From: Vulcanimicrobiota bacterium
Lineage (GTDB): Bacteria; Vulcanimicrobiota; Vulcanimicrobiia; Vulcanimicrobiales; Vulcanimicrobiaceae
Direction of reading: 5' to 3'
Assembly: GCA_963719905.1 (NCBI GenBank)
Contig: CAVRDR010000007.1
Span: 21,386-85,385 of the forward strand
Length of the DNA stretch: 64,000 nt
Both the position numbers and the translations under genes were made by a program. The notes beneath the pieces are model-generated. The model had not been told where the DNA came from. It did no database searches and saw only the letters and a program-made list of their open reading frames with translations. Below are positions 58,450 through 64,000 of this stretch, one piece after another. The stretch's first letter is position 1. The number at the start of each line of letters is the position of its first letter.

Positions 58450-58895
58450 TGGAGGAACGCTACGCGGAAGAGACGCAGACGTTGCGCGAACTGCTTGCGA
58501 TCATGCACGAGCACGATCTCGATACGATCAAGGTGAAGCTCGGGGACGCGATTTACGAGCTCTCGCGTCGTCAACCCGAATCGCACGCATCGGGCTCGCC
58601 CGCGTCCTCGCCTTCGTTTGCGCAAGAACCATCCGCCGCGCCGACGGCCGGCGCCAACGCCACGAAAGTGCTTGCTCCGTTGACCGGCGTCTTTTATCGC
58701 TCTCCCTCGCCGGACGCGCCGCCATATGTTGAAGTCGGAGATCGCGTCCAAATCGGTGACGTATTGTGCGTTCTGGAGGCAATGAAGCTTTTCAATGAGA
58801 TCCAGAGCGACGATGCGGGCAAAATCGTGCGCATCGTCCCGGGCAACGGCGAGCTCGTTTCTCAAGGTGAAGAGCTCTTTTGGATCGAGCCGTGA
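58446..58895 (+). CDS. accB: Biotin carboxyl carrier protein (AccB-type biotinyl domain)
   Basis: 149 aa. Pro/Ala/Ser linker and biotinylation motif CVLEAMKLFNEI. No accC adjacent. Confidence 0.8.
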   Translation: MMEERYAEETQTLRELLAIMHEHDLDTIKVKLGDAIYELSRRQPESHASGSPASSPSFAQEPSAAPTAGANATKVLAPLTGVFYRSPSPDAPPYVEVGDRVQIGDVLCVLEAMKLFNEIQSDDAGKIVRIVPGNGELVSQGEELFWIEP

Positions 58896-59482
58896 ACTAC
58901 CACGGCAGACGCGATTTCGAGGACCTGCTCGCGGACCGGCGCGGCCTTCTCGATGCGCCCGGTTATCGCGAGCAAGTAGAACCGATCGTCGAGGCCGTCG
59001 TAACGGCGTTGCGTCGTGGCAAGAAAGTGCTGTGGTGCGGCAACGGCGGAAGCGCCGCCGAAGCGCAGCATATGGCTGCCGAGCTTTCGGGGCGCTTTCT
59101 GCGGGAGCGTCCAGGCTTGTACAGCGAAGCGCTCTCGGTCAACTCGTCGACGCTGACTTGCGTCGGCAACGACTACGGGTACGATTACATCTTCTCGCGT
59201 CAAGTCGAAGCTTTCGCTCAACCGGGCGACGTCGTGATTGGCATGACGACGAGCGGAGGTTCCGCCAACGTTGTCCTCGCGCTTGAAGCAGCGAAACGAC
59301 GTGGTGCCGTTACCGTCGCCTTTACCGGCAACGGCGGCGGCAGGGTCGCCGAAATCGCCGACCATTCACTGATCGGCCCCGACGGTTACGCCGCGATCGT
59401 TCAAGAAGTCCATCAGGTAATGGCGCACATCGTCTGCGATCTCGTCGAGCAGCGCCTCATCTTTGAGGGAGGCATTCCGTGA
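58880..59482 (+). CDS. gmhA: Phosphoheptose isomerase GmhA (SIS domain)
   Basis: 200 aa. CGNGGSAAEAQHMAAEL and GMTTSGGSANV. In-frame GTG 58892 is an alternative start. Confidence 0.85.
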   Translation: MDRAVNYHGRRDFEDLLADRRGLLDAPGYREQVEPIVEAVVTALRRGKKVLWCGNGGSAAEAQHMAAELSGRFLRERPGLYSEALSVNSSTLTCVGNDYGYDYIFSRQVEAFAQPGDVVIGMTTSGGSANVVLALEAAKRRGAVTVAFTGNGGGRVAEIADHSLIGPDGYAAIVQEVHQVMAHIVCDLVEQRLIFEGGIP

Positions 59483-60459
59483 TGCCGGCCCTGATGGTTC
59501 CCGACGCGCGCACCCTCTTCGAGCGCGCGAACGGGCGCAGAGTGCTGGTCGTCGGCGATCTCATGATCGACGAATGGATCTGGGGAACCGTTACGCGCGT
59601 CTCTCCCGAGGCGCCCGTTCCGGTGGTCGCCGTAGCGGATCACTCCTTCACGCTCGGCGGTGCCGGTAACGTCGCCAATAATCTGCGGGCACTGCACGCC
59701 AACGTGGTCTTTGCGGGAACGATCGGCGACGATGCGTTCGGAGATCACGTACGCGAGCTTCTTCGCAGCGAGCAGGTCGACGCCTCAGGCGTATTCACCG
59801 CCTCTGACCGTCCGACGACGCGCAAGACGCGCATCGTCGCGCACAGCCAACAGGTCGTACGCGCAGATTGGGAATCGACGGCGGCGCTGGAGGCCGGCGA
59901 TCGCCGGCGATTGGCGCAGTTCGTGAGCGAGCACGCGGCGCGATGCGACGCCGTGATCCTCAGCGACTATGCCAAGGGATTACTCTGCCGCGAGATCGTC
60001 GAGGCAGCAGGCAGATGCCGATTAGTGCTCGCAGATCCTAAGCCTGCTAACATCGCGCTCTTTGCCGGAGTGACGTGCGTCGCGCCCAACGCCACCGAAG
60101 CTTCAATGATCACGGGCATACCGATCGTTGACGATGCAAGCCTGGAGCGCGCCGGAATGCGCTTAATCGAGCTGCTCGATTGCCGTTACGCAATCGTCAC
60201 GCGCGGCGAGCACGGCATGGCGCTCTTCGGACGCGACGGCGAGCGTCTCCAAATTCCGTCGTTCGCTCGCACCGTCTACGACGTCAGCGGCGCCGGCGAC
60301 ACGGTGATTGCCGTTCTCGGACTTGCGCTTGCATCCGGCGCGCCGATCGAGCAGGCGATGCAGCTTGCCAACTTTGCGGCCGGCGCCGTCGTCGCAAAAC
60401 TGGGGACTGCGACCGCATCGCCAGAGGAAATTCTCGCCCTGCTCGATCCTGCGCAATGA
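59479..60459 (+). CDS. hldA: D-glycero-beta-D-manno-heptose-7-phosphate kinase (RfaE domain I / HldA)
   Basis: 326 aa, ribokinase-like. VLVVGDLMIDEWIWG..RVSPEAPVPVV and DVSGAGDTVIA. Confidence 0.85.
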   Translation: MMPALMVPDARTLFERANGRRVLVVGDLMIDEWIWGTVTRVSPEAPVPVVAVADHSFTLGGAGNVANNLRALHANVVFAGTIGDDAFGDHVRELLRSEQVDASGVFTASDRPTTRKTRIVAHSQQVVRADWESTAALEAGDRRRLAQFVSEHAARCDAVILSDYAKGLLCREIVEAAGRCRLVLADPKPANIALFAGVTCVAPNATEASMITGIPIVDDASLERAGMRLIELLDCRYAIVTRGEHGMALFGRDGERLQIPSFARTVYDVSGAGDTVIAVLGLALASGAPIEQAMQLANFAAGAVVAKLGTATASPEEILALLDPAQ

Positions 60460-60959
60460 ACGCGGGAAAGTTCTTCGGGCAGCTTCTCGACGTCGGTGAG
60501 GCGGCGGCGTGGCGGGAGAAGTTGCGCCACGAGCACCGGAGCGTCGTCTTCACAAACGGTTGCTTCGACCTGCTGCACGCGGGGCACGTCGAGTACTTGA
60601 GTTGGGCACGCGCCCAGGGCGACGCGTTGATCGTCGGTTTGAACGAGGACGAATCGGTGCGCCGCATCAAGGGTGAATCGAGGCCGATCGTTCCGTTTGC
60701 TCAGCGTGCTGCCGTGTTGCTCGCGCTGCGCAGCGTCGACGTGGTCGTGGGGTTCGGCGACCGCACGCCTGAACTTCTCCTGGACCGCATTCGTCCGGAC
60801 GTGCACGTAAAGAGCGACCAATACCGTGAAGACGAACTGCCGGAACGAACCGTCGTCTTGCAACACGGCGGTCGAATTGCGCTGGCTCCCCACGTCGGCC
60901 GCGAGAGTACGACCGATCTGATTGCGCGCATCCTCGATGCGTATAGCGCTCACCGCTAA
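60456..60959 (+). CDS. hldC: D-glycero-beta-D-manno-heptose-1-phosphate adenylyltransferase (RfaE domain II / HldC)
   Basis: Trimmed to ATG 60456 (ATGA overlap). Cytidylyltransferase motif VFTNGCFDLLHAGHVEYL. Confidence 0.85.
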   Translation: MNAGKFFGQLLDVGEAAAWREKLRHEHRSVVFTNGCFDLLHAGHVEYLSWARAQGDALIVGLNEDESVRRIKGESRPIVPFAQRAAVLLALRSVDVVVGFGDRTPELLLDRIRPDVHVKSDQYREDELPERTVVLQHGGRIALAPHVGRESTTDLIARILDAYSAHR

Positions 60960-62151
60960 CGGTCCCGGTGAAGTCGCCGGCTGGCTGCGACCGCTTCTGC
61001 GTGCGCTCTACCAACGCTGTCCGAATATGCTCGCACTCGTCTTCTTGGTGCCGGACGACTACGCAACCGGTTTCGAGGGGCAGATCGTACGCGACGCGTT
61101 CCCACAAGCCGCCGTCGTCGAGCCGAAGGATTACGTGAAGTTTGCGCTCGGTGGACGGCTCGACGGCGTTCCGGAGAGGGTCGACGTCGTGCAGTACGTC
61201 GGCGGCGATCTGCTCCACGCCGCCCGCGTTCATGCTCGCTTGAAGGGCCGCGCCGCCGCTTATAAGTTCTCGCGCCGTGCGTATCGCAACGTCTTCGACC
61301 GAGTTTTTGCGGTCGATCGGCGCAACGTCGAGCAACTCGAGGGATGGGGCACCCCGCGCGACCGCATCGAGCAGGTCGGAAATCTTGCGATCGACGGCGC
61401 GCTCTTCGAAGCGAGTCTGCCGGCCGACTCGCACTTGCCGCAGGACGGCATCGTCATCATGCCTGGTTCGAGATCGTATGAGATCGAGAACATGGTCCCG
61501 TTCTACTTCGCAGTCGCGTTGCGCATTTTGCGGGAACGTCCCGGCACTCCGATCGCATTTGCGATCTCATCCTTTACGCCACGCGAACAGGTCGGTTCGG
61601 CGATCGAGGGCGGCGGTCATCCACGCATGTTCGGAAGAAGCGGCCGGCTCACAACCGAGGCTGGACAGGATTACCTGACGACGGCTTCAGGCGACCTGCG
61701 CATTCCCGTAATCAATAATGCGCTATCGGCCGCGGTGCGCGCGCGCCTCGTCTTGACGATCCCCGGAACGAAAACGATCGAACTCGCCGTACTTGGCAAG
61801 CCGGTTATCGCGATCACGCCGCTGAACGCGCCGGAGATCGTTACGATCAATGGTCCGTTGACCTACCTCGACCGCATTCCGTTCCTCGGAACTCCGCTCA
61901 AGCGTGCCGTCGCGGTCGGTGTCTCGCGCCGTTTCCAGTATCACACACAGCCGAATATGGATGCCGGCGTTGCGCTCATTCGTGAAGTGCACGGAACGGT
62001 CACCCCCGGTCGCATCGCACGCATCGCCATCGAATCGTATGAGGATCGCGATTGGCTTGCATCGGCGGGTGAGCGGCTCGCTCGGCTTTATCGTGATCAC
62101 GTTGGCGCCTCGGATCGGATGGCGGAATCGTTGCTCGCCCTAGCGGCGTAA
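60937..62151 (+). CDS. Divergent LpxB-like (GT19-like) glycosyltransferase
   Basis: MRIALTANGPGEVAGW..., IMPGSRSYEIENMVP, IPGTKTIELAVLGKPVI, QPNMDAGVALIREVHGTVTP parallel the LpxB motifs LPGSRxxEI, SGTATLE and PNIxAGxxxxPE. ATG 60922 is an alternative start. Confidence 0.4.
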   Translation: MRIALTANGPGEVAGWLRPLLRALYQRCPNMLALVFLVPDDYATGFEGQIVRDAFPQAAVVEPKDYVKFALGGRLDGVPERVDVVQYVGGDLLHAARVHARLKGRAAAYKFSRRAYRNVFDRVFAVDRRNVEQLEGWGTPRDRIEQVGNLAIDGALFEASLPADSHLPQDGIVIMPGSRSYEIENMVPFYFAVALRILRERPGTPIAFAISSFTPREQVGSAIEGGGHPRMFGRSGRLTTEAGQDYLTTASGDLRIPVINNALSAAVRARLVLTIPGTKTIELAVLGKPVIAITPLNAPEIVTINGPLTYLDRIPFLGTPLKRAVAVGVSRRFQYHTQPNMDAGVALIREVHGTVTPGRIARIAIESYEDRDWLASAGERLARLYRDHVGASDRMAESLLALAA

Positions 62152-62156
62152 ACGCC

Positions 62157-63032
62157 GTGGAGTTTTCCGTCGTGATTGCGACCAAGGATCGCGTTCGATA
62201 TCTCGAACGCGCGCTCGATTCGCTACAACGCCAAACCGGCGCGCCGCCATTCGAGGTCGTCGTCGTGGATAACGGCTCCGTCGACGCGACGAAAGACTCG
62301 GTTGGGGAATACGCGCGACATTTCCCGGCGTTGCGTTACGTCGCGGTGCCGCAGCCGAATCGCGGGAAGGCGCGAAATCGCGGCGTTGGCGCGGCTCGCG
62401 GCCGTTATCTTCTCTTCTGCGACGATGACGTGTTGCTACCCGAGCGTTGGATCGCGGCTCACGCAGCGGCTCACGGTCGGGGCGCCGGGCGCGTGGTCAA
62501 CGGGCCAATCTTGAACGTTCCTTCTTATGCGGACCGGCCAAAACCCAAGCCCGCGAACTATTCGCGAGCTTTCCTCTGCACCTGCAACGCATCGCTCTCC
62601 AAAGCGGCGTTCTTGCGAGCCGGGGGATTCGACGAGACGTTCGATCTGTACGGTTGGGAAGATACCGAGCTGGGCGTTCGGCTTCGTTTAGCCGGTCTGC
62701 GTTGGAGGTTCGCTTGGGAAGCCTATCTTTGGCACGTCAAGCCGCCCGAAGAGAACACCCTGGCCGTCGAGAGTCGCAAGGCAATCGAGAAAGCGCGGAT
62801 GGCTCGCCGATTTCTTGCCAAGCATCCTTCACGGCAAGCCCGATTGGCAACCGGCGCGCATCCGCTCAACTTACTGCGTGCGCGATATCTGCTTCCCGAA
62901 TGGCTGCTGGCGCTCTACGGCGGATTTTCGACGAGCGCTCGCGCACCGGCGCACATGAGCGCCATCGCGCGGGCCGCGTTTCTCGACGCGATCTACTCTC
63001 GCGAGTTGCTCCGAGCGCTGGATGACTGCTAG
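62157..63032 (+). CDS. Family 2 glycosyltransferase
   Basis: 291 aa, GTG start. FSVVIATKDR, VVVVDNGSVD, FCDDDV (DxD). Confidence 0.8.
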   Translation: MEFSVVIATKDRVRYLERALDSLQRQTGAPPFEVVVVDNGSVDATKDSVGEYARHFPALRYVAVPQPNRGKARNRGVGAARGRYLLFCDDDVLLPERWIAAHAAAHGRGAGRVVNGPILNVPSYADRPKPKPANYSRAFLCTCNASLSKAAFLRAGGFDETFDLYGWEDTELGVRLRLAGLRWRFAWEAYLWHVKPPEENTLAVESRKAIEKARMARRFLAKHPSRQARLATGAHPLNLLRARYLLPEWLLALYGGFSTSARAPAHMSAIARAAFLDAIYSRELLRALDDC

Positions 63033-64000
63033 CCGAGCGCTGCTTTATTGCGCCGGCGGCGGCATCGGCGATTCGCTCGTGGCGTCGATCGTGGCGCGGG
63101 CGCTGCACGGGCGTTTTGGGAGGGTCGATGCGCTCACGCTCGAGGCTCATCGCAGCCTCCTCGAGCGCGTGCCCGATGTCGACGATGTCTTGATCGACGA
63201 CCTCACCAGCGAACGCGCGCTCGCTACGCGGCTCGCTCGCAACGATTACGATGCCTGCGTGGTCACGTGGGCGACGCCCCGAACGGCTCGGGTCGCGCAC
63301 CACGCGGCAATACCGGTACGCGTCGGGCAAGCCCGGCGCATCTATTCCTTCCGATTTACCGACCGCGTCGTCGTGCGCAGCGAAAACGGCGACGTCACCT
63401 CGCATTGGTCGGATGTGCTGCTCGATTACGCCCGCGCAATCGGCTGCGACACGGAAGACCGGCAGTATCGTTTCGTGCCAACGGCCGACGACGAGCGAGA
63501 AGCCGACAAGCTCAGCGCAGCCTCAGGGCGCTTCCTCATTCTCAATCCATGCAACGCCGTCGCTTCGCGTCGCGGGATTTGGCCGCTCGAGGGCTGGGCG
63601 GCGCTCGGAATAGCGCTGCACGAACGTCTCGGCGCGCGCATTCTCGTTAGCGGCGCGGCAGCGGACGCACCGATGGCGCAAGAGATCGTTCGTCTGAGCC
63701 GGCGTGACGCGCTGGTTTCGATCGCAGGCCTCACGAGCGTCGGGGCGTTCGGAGCCCTCGCAAGACGCGCGCAGGCCTTCGTCGGAATCACGACCGGCTC
63801 CATGCACGTCGCAGCGGCCGTCGGCTGTCCGACCGTCGGCATCTTTCCTTTTCAATCCGACTTTCCCGACCGCTGGTCACCGCTGGGAGCCCGTACGGCC
63901 GTCGTCCGAGCCTCGTTTCCCTGTCATCAGCGTGACACGAAGGAGAGCTGCCCCGACTACGCATGTATTGCGAATCTCGATCGGTCGCGTATCCTTGCGG
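63022..64000 (+). CDS. Family 9 glycosyltransferase (LPS heptosyltransferase-like), runs off window end
   Basis: Absent from the track because it has no stop in the window. My translation: MTASRALLYCAGGGIGDSLVASIVARAL...FLILNPCNAVASRRGIWPLEGW...GITTGSMHVAAAVGCPTVGIF, the GT9 pattern. Confidence 0.75.
   Translation, partial: MTASRALLYCAGGGIGDSLVASIVARALHGRFGRVDALTLEAHRSLLERVPDVDDVLIDDLTSERALATRLARNDYDACVVTWATPRTARVAHHAAIPVRVGQARRIYSFRFTDRVVVRSENGDVTSHWSDVLLDYARAIGCDTEDRQYRFVPTADDEREADKLSAASGRFLILNPCNAVASRRGIWPLEGWAALGIALHERLGARILVSGAAADAPMAQEIVRLSRRDALVSIAGLTSVGAFGALARRAQAFVGITTGSMHVAAAVGCPTVGIFPFQSDFPDRWSPLGARTAVVRASFPCHQRDTKESCPDYACIANLDRSRILA

Noticed and set aside
1-64000. Scanned for CRISPR repeats, transposase/integrase genes, rRNA, toxin-antitoxin pairs, defence or biosynthetic gene clusters.
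   Set aside because: None seen. Every sizeable ORF outside the shadow ORFs is assignable to housekeeping or envelope functions, and I noticed no direct-repeat arrays by eye. A computational repeat search would be needed to exclude short dispersed repeats.

Overview
GC-rich bacterial chromosome segment around the replication origin of an LPS-producing (diderm) organism. It is almost entirely housekeeping. (i) 1-19.9 kb is one uninterrupted minus-strand outer-membrane (OM) biogenesis supercluster: tamB-like (broken by several frame changes), bamA, three skp/ompH paralogs, lpxD, lpxC, fabZ, lpxA, lpxB, a metallophosphoesterase, an LpxB-related protein, an O-antigen-ligase-family protein, lptC/A-like, lptB, lptF/G. 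(ii) 19.9-26.5 kb, minus strand: gyrB, DUF721/DciA-like, recF, dnaN, dnaA. A ~0.67 kb non-coding stretch follows, with one perfect and three near-perfect DnaA boxes (candidate oriC). (iii) 27.5-35.3 kb, plus strand: rpmA (with a Firmicutes-type N-terminal propeptide), obg, nadD, DUF3465, maf, mreC, mreD, mrdA (one frame change), aminotransferase. (iv) 35.4-48.2 kb, minus strand: trpS, thiD, thiE, parB, parA, cca, two parS-like sites, rsmG, mnmG (one frame change), hdeD-like, small secreted protein, mnmE, jag, yidC, yidD, rnpA, rpmH. (v) 48.4-64 kb: fabF, rnc, smc, purH, VOC/glyoxalase, a permease fusion (minus strand), hisS, accB, gmhA, split hldE (kinase plus adenylyltransferase), a third LpxB-like protein, GT2 and GT9 glycosyltransferases. 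I found no rRNA, intact tRNA, CRISPR array, transposase/integrase, or obvious defence or biosynthetic island, and I see no self-contained novel system. The most checkable oddities are: a lpxB-coupled metallophosphoesterase that could supply the missing LpxH/LpxI/LpxG step; three GT19 (LpxB-like) paralogs; an expanded Skp family including a 428-aa coiled-coil lipoprotein; clustered frame disruptions in tamB; an L27 propeptide without adjacent rplU/prp; and the conserved rpmH-to-parB origin cluster displaced ~21 kb from dnaA and pointing toward it.
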